Shown here piece after piece: positions 27,019 to 36,982 of a stretch of DNA of 64,000 nt (position 1 is its first letter; each line of letters starts with the position of its first letter). Under the pieces are notes generated by a model that ran no database searches, was not told where the DNA came from, and was given only the letters and a program-made list of their open reading frames with translations. Origin of the DNA: an uncultured bacterium (lineage in GTDB: Bacteria > Omnitrophota > Omnitrophia > Omnitrophales > Aquincolibacteriaceae); the NCBI GenBank assembly GCA_964385615.1, contig CAYLPP010000005.1, forward strand, positions 26,130-90,129. The letters run 5' to 3'. A program made the translations under genes and the position numbers.

Positions 27019-28133
27019 ACTTTCACAAAAAAATCGCTTTTATTTCCACGATGCGGGGATTTCCGTGGGGAGGCAGTGAGGAATTGTGGTCGAGAGCCGC
27101 CTTGATTCTTCAAGAGCGCGGAATTCAAACGGCGGCGTGTTTTTCTTACTCTCCGGAAGCTCCCGGAATCAGGCGCCTGATCGAGAAAGGCGGAAAAGTT
27201 TTTCCAGCGGAACAGACAAGTTTTTTCGGCCGGGCGAAAAGAAAAATCTTAGGAAAGAAGCGGTCTTATCCGATTCTCGATGAGTTTAAGCCGGACCTGG
27301 CCGTAATTTCTCAGGGAACGAATCTCGATGGAATGCTCTGGATGAAATCTTGTGAAGCGCTTCGGATTCCCTTCGTGACAGCCGCGCAGTCGGCATCCGC
27401 TTCCAAAACCTGGCAGACGGATGAAGAGCTTTCTGAAATATCAGCAAGTTACCGGAAAGCCCTGGCGTGTTATTTTGTTTCCCGTGAAAATTTGGAGTGC
27501 GCCCGGATGCAGCTCTCCGCTGAGCTTCCTCAGGCTGAAGTGGTGTGGAATCCTTTTTTAGTCAATTTTAACGAAGTCTTTTCCTGGCCGGATAAAGAAA
27601 ATCCATTCAAACTGGCTTGTGTCGGACGGTTTTTTATCCAGGATAAAGGGCAGGATATTCTTTTAAAGGTGCTCAGCCTTGAAAAATGGCGCAGCCGCCC
27701 GCTTCAAGTCACGCTGTTCGGTTCGGGTCCTCAACGGAGGATGATTGAAAATTATATTCAAAATTTAAAGCTTAAAAACGTGTCGTCGGAAAAAGAAATG
27801 CATCCCGGAAAAATCTGGGAAACACAGCATGCATTGATTTTGCCTTCGCGCTCAGAAGGTTCGCCCTTGGTTCTTATTGAGGCGATGTTAAAAGGGCGTC
27901 CGGCAATTGCTTCGGCTGTCGGCGGAGTTTCTGAAATTTTGGAGGACGGCGTCACGGGTTTTCTGGCGCATGGAGCCGAAGTGAATTGTCTGGATCAGGC
28001 GATGGAGAGAGCCTGGGAAGCGCGTAGCGAATGGCGAAAAATAGGTGAAACCGCGTATCGTAAAATCCGGCAAGCCGTTCCGGAAAGCCCTGAAAGCGTT
28101 TTTGCGGATAAATTGATGAGGCATTTAAAGTGA
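27015..28133 (+). CDS. Glycosyltransferase family 4 (GT-B)
   Basis: EGSPLVLIEAMLKGRPAI motif. GTGA overlap with the preceding gene. Confidence 0.7.
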   Translation: MNFHKKIAFISTMRGFPWGGSEELWSRAALILQERGIQTAACFSYSPEAPGIRRLIEKGGKVFPAEQTSFFGRAKRKILGKKRSYPILDEFKPDLAVISQGTNLDGMLWMKSCEALRIPFVTAAQSASASKTWQTDEELSEISASYRKALACYFVSRENLECARMQLSAELPQAEVVWNPFLVNFNEVFSWPDKENPFKLACVGRFFIQDKGQDILLKVLSLEKWRSRPLQVTLFGSGPQRRMIENYIQNLKLKNVSSEKEMHPGKIWETQHALILPSRSEGSPLVLIEAMLKGRPAIASAVGGVSEILEDGVTGFLAHGAEVNCLDQAMERAWEARSEWRKIGETAYRKIRQAVPESPESVFADKLMRHLK

Positions 28134-29290
28134 GTTCGGAAAAACTTCACATTTGCTATGTGATCGCGCCCGGCGGAGGGCCTGAAACCTACGTGCGGAA
28201 TTTGGCGCCATGGCTGACCGCGCAGGGGCACAGAGTTTCCGTAGTTACTCTTGGCAAAGAACTCCATTTTCCGCCGGAGATTAAAACGGTTTGCGCGCGG
28301 GGTGCCGTGAAACATTATTGGGTTTCGAAATTTTTCGGTAATTTCCGGCAGTGGGCCCTGCGGCTGAGAAGTTTTGAGTGGGAACAGGCGATTAAAGGGT
28401 CTTTGGAAGAGATTGAAAGAACGCGAAAAGTTGATTTGGTGGAGGTGACGGAAGGGATTTCGATTGGTCTTTTAAGAAAGCGCTGGAAGGTTGTGGTCCG
28501 GATTCACGGCTCGGACTGGAGTTTCCGGCATTTCTGCCGTGATGAAGGAAGCCGTAATGATTACGCGCTGATTCAGGCCGAAAAGAAACAGCTCGAGCAA
28601 GCGAACGGCGTTATTTCGATCAGCCGTCATTCCGCCGATCATGTTAGTAAGGCCTGCCATTTTTCAAGGAACCTCATTGAAGTTATTCCGTATCCCGTTG
28701 TACAGCATTTCAAATATAAGAGAGACGGCAATAAGCCCGAAAACCGCATCCTCAGCGTGGGGCGGCTGGAAAAAAGAAAAGGAACCCATACTCTCGTTCA
28801 GGCCATGGAAATTGTTTGGAAAAAATTTCCCGAAATAGAACTTTGTCTTTTTGGGCATGAAGCAGGATTTTCTAAAGAACAACTGCTGAGGATGGTTTCG
28901 GAAAAGAACCGTTCAAAAATCGGTTTTATGGGTTTTGTTTCCCAGGAAACGCTCGCGGATTATTATTCAAAGTCCGTTTTATACGCAGCGCCCACTCAGT
29001 ATGAAACGTTCGGCTACACCTTATTGGAGGCTATGTCCTTCGCGTTGCCTGTTGTCACCACGGCTGTCGGTGCGATTCCGGAGTTGATTGAGGATGGAGT
29101 CAACGGTAAGCTTGTTCCTTACGGCGACTTTAAAAAATTAGCCGGTGTGATCACGGAACTTATAGAAGACCCGCTTCAAAGAGAGAAGATGGGGGAGAAT
29201 GGTTTGCGGAAAGCCGGTGAATATACTTTGGAAAAAATTGCTCCCAGAACACTCGAGTTTTATTTTAAGACGCTGAAGGCGGATTCATGA
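28130..29290 (+). CDS. Glycosyltransferase family 4 (GT-B)
   Basis: ETFGYTLLEAMSFALPVV motif. GTGA overlap with the preceding gene. Confidence 0.75.
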   Translation: MSSEKLHICYVIAPGGGPETYVRNLAPWLTAQGHRVSVVTLGKELHFPPEIKTVCARGAVKHYWVSKFFGNFRQWALRLRSFEWEQAIKGSLEEIERTRKVDLVEVTEGISIGLLRKRWKVVVRIHGSDWSFRHFCRDEGSRNDYALIQAEKKQLEQANGVISISRHSADHVSKACHFSRNLIEVIPYPVVQHFKYKRDGNKPENRILSVGRLEKRKGTHTLVQAMEIVWKKFPEIELCLFGHEAGFSKEQLLRMVSEKNRSKIGFMGFVSQETLADYYSKSVLYAAPTQYETFGYTLLEAMSFALPVVTTAVGAIPELIEDGVNGKLVPYGDFKKLAGVITELIEDPLQREKMGENGLRKAGEYTLEKIAPRTLEFYFKTLKADS

Positions 29291-31032
29291 TTTCAATCGT
29301 CATACGCACTAAAAATGAGGCGAAGGCAATTGAGAAAACACTTCAGCTTTGCCTGTCCCAGAAAGAGGTTCCGGAATTTGAAATAATCGTGATTGATTCC
29401 GGATCGACGGACGGAACTCTGGATATTATCCGCCGTTACCCCGCCGTGAAAATTCTTCATTATGACCAGCCGGTTTTTAGTTTTGGACACGCTTTAAACC
29501 AGGCTTTCAAGGAAGCTAAGGGAGATATTTTGGTTGCGTTGAGCGCGCACGCTTACCCGGCAAGCGAGTATTGGCTGAAAAATCTTATCGAACCCTTTGA
29601 GGATCCACAAGTTGCCGGTGTTTATGGACGGCAGCTGCCCCATAAAGATGCCTGGCCGCCGGTTGAGCGTGAATATTGCGTGGGATATGGAGCGAATCCC
29701 TTAAAGATCATCTCGGCGGAGAAAGTTACTTTTTCAAACGCGAATTCAGCCATTCGAAAATCCTGCTGGCAGGAACGGTTTTTTGCGGAGCATTTAATGC
29801 ATACGGAAGATGTGGAATGGGCTCACGCCATGGTTCAATCCGGATACATTATTCATTATCGTCCTAAAGCTGAGGTTTATCACTCTCACAACGAGTCCTT
29901 GAAGCAGGTTTTTGACCGCTGTTATAAAGGGATGAAGGGATATCGCCTGATTAAAGGTGGAAACCGGCAAAGGGAGCTTGGGGTTTTTTGGATTTTTCCG
30001 AAATGGTACGGGGAAACCAGCCGGGATATTCGGTGGGTTCTAGAAAAAAAGACCGGGTATAAGTGGATTTTTATTGCACCGGTGTACCGGCTTTTTTATG
30101 TACTGGGGCTTATTTCAGCCGATATGCCCGGCGCTTTATGGGTGCCGTTGGAAAAAGTCTGTAATAAAATTTCAAAAAAAATGATAGGGAAAACAGAAAG
30201 CGCGCCGTGCAACGAGGCTTTTCCCGTCTTTCACTTTGAAGCGAACCGTGAATCCGGGTTAAGACTCCGTGAAATCTGGCGGTATCGGGAACTTCTGTTC
30301 TTCCTCATGTGGCGGGATATCAAAGTCCGTTACAAGCAGACCGCTCTCGGTGCCGCATGGGCCATCATTCAGCCGTTTATGACCATGGTTATTTTCAGCA
30401 TTTTCTTCGGTCATTTAGGGAAGATTCCTTCGGATGGAATTCCTTACCCGCTGTTTTCTTTTACGGCACTGGTTCCCTGGACTTTTTTTGCCAACGGCTT
30501 AACGCAATCGTCTAACAGTCTGGTGGGAAGCTCCAATTTGATTACGAAAGTTTATTTCCCGCGGCTGATTATTCCTATTGCGTCGGTTTTGACGGGTGTT
30601 ATTGACTTTCTGCTGGCGTTTCTAGTTCTGATCGGAATGATGCTTTGTTTTGGTCTTCACATTACTTCTTCGGTGATCTGGCTTCCGGTGTTTTTGTTTC
30701 TCGCCCTTGTGACCGCTCTCGGGGCGGGTTTCTGGCTTTCGGCTTTAAACGTGGAATTTAGAGACGTTCGGCATGTCATGCCGTTTTTAATTCAGTTTTG
30801 GATGTTCGCGACACCGATTGCTTACCCAAGCAGTCTTCTTCCAGAGCCCTGGAGAACTTTTTATGGGCTTAATCCGATGACCGGCGTTATCGCGGGATTT
30901 CGCTGGGTCCTTTTAGGCAATGACCCGCCCGGGCCCATCATTTTCGTGTCAGCTTTTACGGCAATTCTTATTTTAATCAGCGGGCTGAGGTATTTTAGGC
31001 GCATGGAAAAGCATTTCGCGGATGTGGTGTGA
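29287..31032 (+). CDS. Fusion protein: N-terminal glycosyltransferase family 2 domain + C-terminal ABC-2 polysaccharide export permease (Wzm)
   Basis: aa 1 to ~290 are GT-A (ISIVIRTKNE … IIVIDSGSTDGT). aa ~320-581 are a Wzm paralog (WRDIKVRYKQTALGAAWAIIQPF, six TM helices). One uninterrupted 581-codon frame. Confidence 0.7.
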   Translation: MISIVIRTKNEAKAIEKTLQLCLSQKEVPEFEIIVIDSGSTDGTLDIIRRYPAVKILHYDQPVFSFGHALNQAFKEAKGDILVALSAHAYPASEYWLKNLIEPFEDPQVAGVYGRQLPHKDAWPPVEREYCVGYGANPLKIISAEKVTFSNANSAIRKSCWQERFFAEHLMHTEDVEWAHAMVQSGYIIHYRPKAEVYHSHNESLKQVFDRCYKGMKGYRLIKGGNRQRELGVFWIFPKWYGETSRDIRWVLEKKTGYKWIFIAPVYRLFYVLGLISADMPGALWVPLEKVCNKISKKMIGKTESAPCNEAFPVFHFEANRESGLRLREIWRYRELLFFLMWRDIKVRYKQTALGAAWAIIQPFMTMVIFSIFFGHLGKIPSDGIPYPLFSFTALVPWTFFANGLTQSSNSLVGSSNLITKVYFPRLIIPIASVLTGVIDFLLAFLVLIGMMLCFGLHITSSVIWLPVFLFLALVTALGAGFWLSALNVEFRDVRHVMPFLIQFWMFATPIAYPSSLLPEPWRTFYGLNPMTGVIAGFRWVLLGNDPPGPIIFVSAFTAILILISGLRYFRRMEKHFADVV

Positions 31033-32243
31033 TGAATCAAACGGCCATTCAGATACATAATCTAAGTAAACGCTACAAAATCGGCCGGGCCGAATCATAT
31101 AAAACGCTTCGCGACGCCATCAGTTTGTGGGGCCCGAAAATTTTTTCTGGAAAAGGAAAATCGGAAGATGCCGAAGAGGGCATGATATGGGCGTTGAAGA
31201 ATATTTCTTTCGAAATTAAAAAAGGGGAAGTGGTTGGAATTATCGGCCGTAATGGTGCGGGGAAAAGCACACTGCTCAAAATTCTTTCGCAAATTACGGA
31301 TCCCTCTGAAGGATCGGTGGATATTTACGGAAAGGTCAGTTCTTTGCTTGAGGTTGGAACCGGATTTCATCCTGAGTTAACCGGCCGGGAGAACGTTTAT
31401 TTGAATGCGGCGATTTTGGGGATGAAAAAGCGCGAGATTCAAAATCGATTTGATGAAATTGTGGCTTTTGCTGAGGTTGAGAAGTTTATGGATACGCCGG
31501 TCAAACATTTCTCCAGCGGGATGTATATGCGCTTGGCTTTTTCGATCGCGGCCCATTTGAGTCCGGATATTATGATTGTGGATGAGGTTTTGGCCGTCGG
31601 CGACGCGGCGTTTCAGAAAAAGTGTCTTGATAAAATGGACGGCGCCGCCAAATCCGGACGGACGATTCTTTTTGTGAACCACAATCTCGGGCAAATCCGC
31701 AGACTTTGCACTTCAGCGCTTTGGCTGGAAAATGGACAATGCAAATCTTTCGGCCCTGTCGGCGAAGTGACGGCCGCTTATCAGGCATCACTGTCTAATG
31801 TCCATTTTGATGTGAATGAATCGATAAAGAATCAAGAAGGTTTTGTATCCTGGAGAATTGAAGGCTTGGACTCAAATGTTATTGAACGGGAAAAGCCGTT
31901 TACGCTGGAATGCCGTCTTCAGCTTAAACGGAAGGTATACAACGGTCATCACGGGCTGATTCTGAAGAATGTCGACGGCCAAAATGTCGCAGGCTGGGCG
32001 TTCAATGGGTTAAAGCTTGAACCCGGACTGCATATCCTTCGATATCAAATTCCATACCTGCCTTTGCGTCCCGGGACCTATTATCTCTACGCTTCGCTTT
32101 GGGATGGGGCTTTAAAAATTGACGCAAGCCATTTAATGCCTGAATTAATTTTTGCCACTCCTGAGTATAGCGAACTTAGCGATGAATGGGCGGGGATTTT
32201 AAATCTTCCCTGCAGCATTGATATTAAAAAGGTTTCTCAGTGA
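31029..32243 (+). CDS. wzt: Polysaccharide ABC exporter ATP-binding protein with a C-terminal carbohydrate-binding domain (Wzt paralog)
   Basis: Walker A GRNGAGKST, highly similar to the 12863 gene through the NBD (LLEVGTGFHP.LTGREN.YLNAAILGM), with a divergent C-terminal domain. GTGATG overlap with the preceding gene. Confidence 0.85.
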   Translation: MMNQTAIQIHNLSKRYKIGRAESYKTLRDAISLWGPKIFSGKGKSEDAEEGMIWALKNISFEIKKGEVVGIIGRNGAGKSTLLKILSQITDPSEGSVDIYGKVSSLLEVGTGFHPELTGRENVYLNAAILGMKKREIQNRFDEIVAFAEVEKFMDTPVKHFSSGMYMRLAFSIAAHLSPDIMIVDEVLAVGDAAFQKKCLDKMDGAAKSGRTILFVNHNLGQIRRLCTSALWLENGQCKSFGPVGEVTAAYQASLSNVHFDVNESIKNQEGFVSWRIEGLDSNVIEREKPFTLECRLQLKRKVYNGHHGLILKNVDGQNVAGWAFNGLKLEPGLHILRYQIPYLPLRPGTYYLYASLWDGALKIDASHLMPELIFATPEYSELSDEWAGILNLPCSIDIKKVSQ

Positions 32244-34183
32244 AAATTACTCTCGTCAGCCGCTGTTATCCGCCCCACTCAGGTTATGGCGGAATCGCGG
32301 TTTACAGCTATTACCTTGCCCGCGCTTTGGCAAAACAGGGACACACGATCAATGTTGTCGCCGCGAGATTTTCCCCGGAAATTCCGGAAGAGACCGTTGA
32401 TGAAGGGGTTCGTGTCATAAGAATCCTGGTTAAGCACAGGTCTTTTTTTCAGCGGGTTCCTTTTTTTGGAAAATTTTACAGGCCGGTACAGCGGTTTTTC
32501 TACAGCTTGAAAGTTTCCTCGATTTTAGCGGGCATAGATAAAAACCAGAAACAGGATATTGTGGAATTCCCTGAAATTGAGGCAGAAGGATTCTGTTATC
32601 TTTTGCGGAAAAAACGGGCCAGGGTTATTGTCCGGTGCCATACTCCCACGTTTGTTCTGAAGAAATATTACAATCAGGAAGAAGTTTTTTACGACACTTT
32701 CTTCATGGGACTGATGGAAACATTCTGTATACGGAAAGCGGATCTTCTCAGCGCGCCGTCTCATGATATGGCGGCGACGATCGCCCTTGAATGCGGGATT
32801 CCGGAAAACCAGATTCGAGTGATTCCTAACGGTTTAGGCCCTGAGTTATTTGTTGATGGCGGAAAAAACCGAGATCCGAAAGAATTGCTTGTCCTTCATG
32901 TCGGGCGTCTGGACAGACTGAAAGGCGTTGAAGTTCTGGCGCAGGCGATTCCTCTTGTTCTTAAAGAAAACCCGGAAACCCGTTTTGTTTTTATCGGTCA
33001 ATCGATTTCTGATGCAAAGGGAGTTAACTGGAAACGGCGTCTGGAAGCCTATTTGGCAGAGCGAAAAAGCATGGATAAGGTCCAGTTTTTGGAGCACCTG
33101 GATCAATCCGCGATGCTTCAGTGGTACACCCGCGCGGATATCGCGGTGGTTCCCTCAATTCTCTACGAGAGTTTTTCCTATACTTGCGCTCAGGCTATGG
33201 CCGCGGGATTGCCTTTGGTCGCGACCCGAATTGGCGGTATTCCTGAAACTCTTGGGGAAGATTCCGCCGGTATTTTAGTCAAGGCGGGAGATGCTCAGGC
33301 TCTGGCGGATGGAATTCTGAAATTCGCGAAAAATCCTGAAATGCGGCTGGAGGCAGGCAGGAAAGCCCGAAAAAGAGCTGAGGAGAAATTCAGTCAGGAA
33401 AAAATCCTTCCCGATTACCTGGCGTATTGTGCCGAAGAAGATTTTCAGAAACATCATACTTCGTCTGTTAGTAAGATATCTGAGAAGGGGAAGAAAGCCG
33501 TTATTCTTGCTTACCATGAAGTCGGAGAAGAAAAGGGAAGCCCATTCCCTTCGATTTACGTGGTTTTGGAAAATTTCAAACGGCAAATTAACGCTTTAAA
33601 ACGGCTTGGATATAAATTTATTTCCATGGACGAGTTTATTTCCGGCCTTCAGGGTAAAACAAAGCTTCCAAAATACTCAGCCGTCATTACTTTTGATGAT
33701 GGGTACGAAGGGGTTTATAAAAACGCGTTTCCGTTTCTGCGCAGTCAAAATTTACCGGCGACTGTTTACGCGATCGCGGATAAGGTTGAGACAAGGGAGA
33801 ACACAAGTTTCCCCTATCTATCCGCCGAACAGCTTAAAGAGATGGCGGGCTGTGGAATTTCGATAGGGTCTCATTCTTTTTCACACGCCGATTTAAAGCA
33901 ATGTTCAGGTGAAATCTTACGCCGCGAGATCTCAGATTCTAAAAAGAAGCTGGAAGAAATCACCGGAACCGAAGTCCGGCATTTCTGCTACCCGTTCGGG
34001 TCTTTTAACCATAAAACAGCTGATCTGGTTGCCGGAGAAGGCTACCAGAGCGCCGTTTCAACCCTGTTCGGAAGCAGGCATCGGGTCAGTGATATTTTTC
34101 ATTTAAAAAGAGTCAGCGTGGGGTACCGCTGGAGCCTTCCTTATTTTCTGTATAAAGTTCATCAGAGCAGGTCAAGGCCATAA
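32240..34183 (+). CDS. Fusion protein: glycosyltransferase family 4 (N-terminal ~400 aa) + polysaccharide deacetylase NodB/CE4 domain (C-terminal)
   Basis: The N-terminal part has MKITLVSRCYPP … ESFSYTCAQAMAAGLPLV. The C-terminal part has CE4 motifs TFDDGY and HSFSH, plus ILAYHEVGEE. Single 647-codon frame. Confidence 0.75.
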   Translation: MKITLVSRCYPPHSGYGGIAVYSYYLARALAKQGHTINVVAARFSPEIPEETVDEGVRVIRILVKHRSFFQRVPFFGKFYRPVQRFFYSLKVSSILAGIDKNQKQDIVEFPEIEAEGFCYLLRKKRARVIVRCHTPTFVLKKYYNQEEVFYDTFFMGLMETFCIRKADLLSAPSHDMAATIALECGIPENQIRVIPNGLGPELFVDGGKNRDPKELLVLHVGRLDRLKGVEVLAQAIPLVLKENPETRFVFIGQSISDAKGVNWKRRLEAYLAERKSMDKVQFLEHLDQSAMLQWYTRADIAVVPSILYESFSYTCAQAMAAGLPLVATRIGGIPETLGEDSAGILVKAGDAQALADGILKFAKNPEMRLEAGRKARKRAEEKFSQEKILPDYLAYCAEEDFQKHHTSSVSKISEKGKKAVILAYHEVGEEKGSPFPSIYVVLENFKRQINALKRLGYKFISMDEFISGLQGKTKLPKYSAVITFDDGYEGVYKNAFPFLRSQNLPATVYAIADKVETRENTSFPYLSAEQLKEMAGCGISIGSHSFSHADLKQCSGEILRREISDSKKKLEEITGTEVRHFCYPFGSFNHKTADLVAGEGYQSAVSTLFGSRHRVSDIFHLKRVSVGYRWSLPYFLYKVHQSRSRP

Positions 34184-34186
34184 CCG

Positions 34187-34948
34187 ATGCCTTTCGGCAG
34201 CGAGAGAAAAGTCCTTTTTAAAAATTCCGCGCAATATTTTTTATGGGCGGTGAGAGGCGATTCTCATTTAGGGCGGTGGGCCAGATATTTCAGATTAAAA
34301 AATATGCTGAGCCGGCTTCATTTTAAACCGGCCCGGATTTTGGATGCCGGCTGCGGTTTGGGTCAGACAGCCTTTTATTTAAGAAGAAAATTTCCGCAGG
34401 CGGAAATCGACGGCATGGATATTTCCCGGCAGGATATCGCTTCTTGCCGGCAAATTAATCAGGAGCTTGGTTCCGGAATCGAGTTTTTGGAAGAAGATCT
34501 CCAGAAAGTCCAATTTCAAAAGCAATACGATTTTATCTGTCTTACAAACGCGCTTTGTTCGATTCCTGATTACAAAGAGGCGCTGGCTCGTCTTTCCGGA
34601 AAACTTTCAAGCGGAGGGTTTTTGCTGATCCAAGACATGAATCTGGATTATATCCGGCGTCATTTTGGGGAAAAGATAGTACCCACGGATGTTGTGCGCA
34701 CGGGATTTTTAGTTGAGGATTTAAAAAAGTGTTTGGAAGCTTCCGGGTTTAAAGTGCTTCACACTGAAAAAAATATGGGGCCGTTAGGCTTAGCGGCAAA
34801 TAGAGCATTTGACGTCGTCCGGGGGAACCCCCTTTTTTTAAACCTGGTTTTTCCGGTTTTAATTTTTTTGTCGTATATAGACGCCCGCGTCAAAGTTAAT
34901 GACGGCCCAGGGCTGTTGATTCTCGCGCAGGCTCGATCTGGTGAATAA
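34187..34948 (+). CDS. Class I SAM-dependent methyltransferase
   Basis: ILDAGCGLGQTAFYL (motif I) and a D/E acidic loop. Confidence 0.7.
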   Translation: MPFGSERKVLFKNSAQYFLWAVRGDSHLGRWARYFRLKNMLSRLHFKPARILDAGCGLGQTAFYLRRKFPQAEIDGMDISRQDIASCRQINQELGSGIEFLEEDLQKVQFQKQYDFICLTNALCSIPDYKEALARLSGKLSSGGFLLIQDMNLDYIRRHFGEKIVPTDVVRTGFLVEDLKKCLEASGFKVLHTEKNMGPLGLAANRAFDVVRGNPLFLNLVFPVLIFLSYIDARVKVNDGPGLLILAQARSGE

Positions 34949-36074
34949 ACCTCAAAAAAGAATCGCGTTCATACACCCGTTTCTCTATAGGTATGCCCGC
35001 GGTATTGAGCGGTATGTGGCCGCGTTAAGCAGATCTCTTTCAGAGAAAAATGTTTCTGTTGAAATTTTAACCTGGAACCGTCCGAACCCTATCTGCTGGC
35101 CGGAACTTTCGGAACTTTCGGATATAAAAATCAAAGCTTTTCCTTTGCCCCGGTATTTTGAGGCCAAGTTTATCGTTCCTTTTTACGCGTTGGATTTAGC
35201 GGTAAACCGCTATGACGATGTCATTATTCACTTCGCGGATTACGGAGAGGCGGAAGCGCTTTATCTATTAAAACTCATAGGCCGAAAGATTCCTTACTCA
35301 ATCGTGCTTCACTACCCCTACAGCCAGGTTCCGCACCGGTACCATTCCTTTAATAAAACGCTATTGGCTCAAGGCGCCAAACGGATTATTGCGGTCAGCC
35401 GTTTTGTCGCAGAGGAAGCGGAGAAAATTCTTGGCAGGCCGTGCGAAGTCATTTCACACGGGGTCGATACGGACCTTTTTAAACCGGATCTTTCAAAACG
35501 CGCGGAAGTGAGACGGCGAATGGGGGTTCCTGAAAATGCGCGGGTTTTTTTAACGGCAGCCGCTCTTGAGGAGCGAAAAGGCGTTCAGCATTTTATCAAG
35601 ACACTCCCGCTTCTTCTTAAAAGCAGGCCGGAATCGTTTTACGCAGTGTTGGGGGACGGACCTTATCTGCAGAGTCTCAAGGACCTTGCCTGTGAGCGCG
35701 GGGTTGAATCACGTGTCCGTTTTGTTTCAGCGACATCCACGCCGTTTGAGTTTTATCAGGCGGCTGATTTATTCGTGATTTTAGCCAAGGGAGAAGCTTC
35801 ATCGCTGGTTTCTCTTGAAGCGATGGCGTGTGAAGTGCCGGTGATGGCTTCAAAGCAGAGACCTTTTGAGGAATTAATCGATCCTCGGTGGGGGATTCAG
35901 GTCCGGGAAGATCAGCCTCAGGAAATCGTCTCTCAAATCGACGCTTTATTTTCTAATTCTGAAAATTTTGAAAAAATGCGTAAGGCCGCGCGAATCGAAG
36001 TTTTAAAAAATTATCAATGGGGTCATGTGGCTGAAAGCTATCTTCAGGTTTTATCCGGTGAGGTGAAAAAATGA
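34941..36074 (+). CDS. Glycosyltransferase family 4 (GT-B)
   Basis: SSLVSLEAMACEVPVM motif. GTG start overlaps the upstream stop. Confidence 0.7.
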   Translation: MNKPQKRIAFIHPFLYRYARGIERYVAALSRSLSEKNVSVEILTWNRPNPICWPELSELSDIKIKAFPLPRYFEAKFIVPFYALDLAVNRYDDVIIHFADYGEAEALYLLKLIGRKIPYSIVLHYPYSQVPHRYHSFNKTLLAQGAKRIIAVSRFVAEEAEKILGRPCEVISHGVDTDLFKPDLSKRAEVRRRMGVPENARVFLTAAALEERKGVQHFIKTLPLLLKSRPESFYAVLGDGPYLQSLKDLACERGVESRVRFVSATSTPFEFYQAADLFVILAKGEASSLVSLEAMACEVPVMASKQRPFEELIDPRWGIQVREDQPQEIVSQIDALFSNSENFEKMRKAARIEVLKNYQWGHVAESYLQVLSGEVKK

Positions 36075-36982
36075 AATGCTCCGTGCTTTTGTGCACGTTT
36101 AACCGCCATGTCCTGCTTCAGAAAGCGCTCGCCAGTATTGTGGACGGCACGCTGGAAAAACCGGATGAAATTGTTATTGTGAATGCCGGAGACTCCCGGG
36201 CGGATGAAGTAATTAAGAAATTTCAGGGACGGCACGGGATTTCCTGGAAAGTCCTGAAGGTTATCAATAAAAATTTGGCCGCGAACCGGAATCTTGGGCT
36301 GCCTCAGTGCTCAGGCGATATTATCGCAATGACGGATGATGACGCTGAGGTTTTTCCGGACTGGATCACTCAGCTGAAACGGGTTCACCGCGAACATCCT
36401 GAGGCTGGAGCTGCGGGAGGACTGGTTTTAGGAACAAACACGGATTCTCTTGTCGGAAAAGTCGCGGATTTGATCACGTTTCCTTCCTGGTCCGCCGGGC
36501 AGTACGTGCGCACTCTGCCCGGGGTCAATGTGAGTTACAAGAAAGAAGCGGTTGAGAGAACAGGTCTTCAGGATGAAATCCTTTTTCGAGGGGAAGACGT
36601 GGACTACAACTGGAGAATTCTTGAGCTTGGTTACAAAATTTACTTTGATCCCGCGGTTAAGGTTTATCATTACCACCGTCCGACACTCAAAGGGTTTTTG
36701 AACCAGCATTATATGTATGGTAGAGCTTACTACCTGGTCCGTAAAAAATGGCCGGCCATGTATTGCGTTTATCCTCACCAGCTTAAAACCGTCCGTGATT
36801 TTCTTAAAGCAGTTAACACCGTGGTCTCTTTGTTTTATCAGCCGTTTCTTTCCGCGCGGAACCTTCCTAAATGGGGAGACCGGATACAGGCCGTTCCTCT
36901 GCTTTTTATTTCAGGGCTGGCGTGGAAAGGCGGAATGCTGGTGCAGAAACTTAAATCTTTGACGGAAAAAGGATCTTGTTGA
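36071..36982 (+). CDS. Glycosyltransferase family 2
   Basis: CSVLLCTFNRHVLL … MTDDDAEV. ATGA overlap with the preceding gene. Confidence 0.75.
   Translation: MKCSVLLCTFNRHVLLQKALASIVDGTLEKPDEIVIVNAGDSRADEVIKKFQGRHGISWKVLKVINKNLAANRNLGLPQCSGDIIAMTDDDAEVFPDWITQLKRVHREHPEAGAAGGLVLGTNTDSLVGKVADLITFPSWSAGQYVRTLPGVNVSYKKEAVERTGLQDEILFRGEDVDYNWRILELGYKIYFDPAVKVYHYHRPTLKGFLNQHYMYGRAYYLVRKKWPAMYCVYPHQLKTVRDFLKAVNTVVSLFYQPFLSARNLPKWGDRIQAVPLLFISGLAWKGGMLVQKLKSLTEKGSC

Noticed and set aside
35095-35121. Short tandem repeat GGAACTTTC GGAACTTTC
   Set aside because: Only two copies, inside a GT4 coding region (encoding ELSELS). Not a CRISPR array or regulatory repeat.
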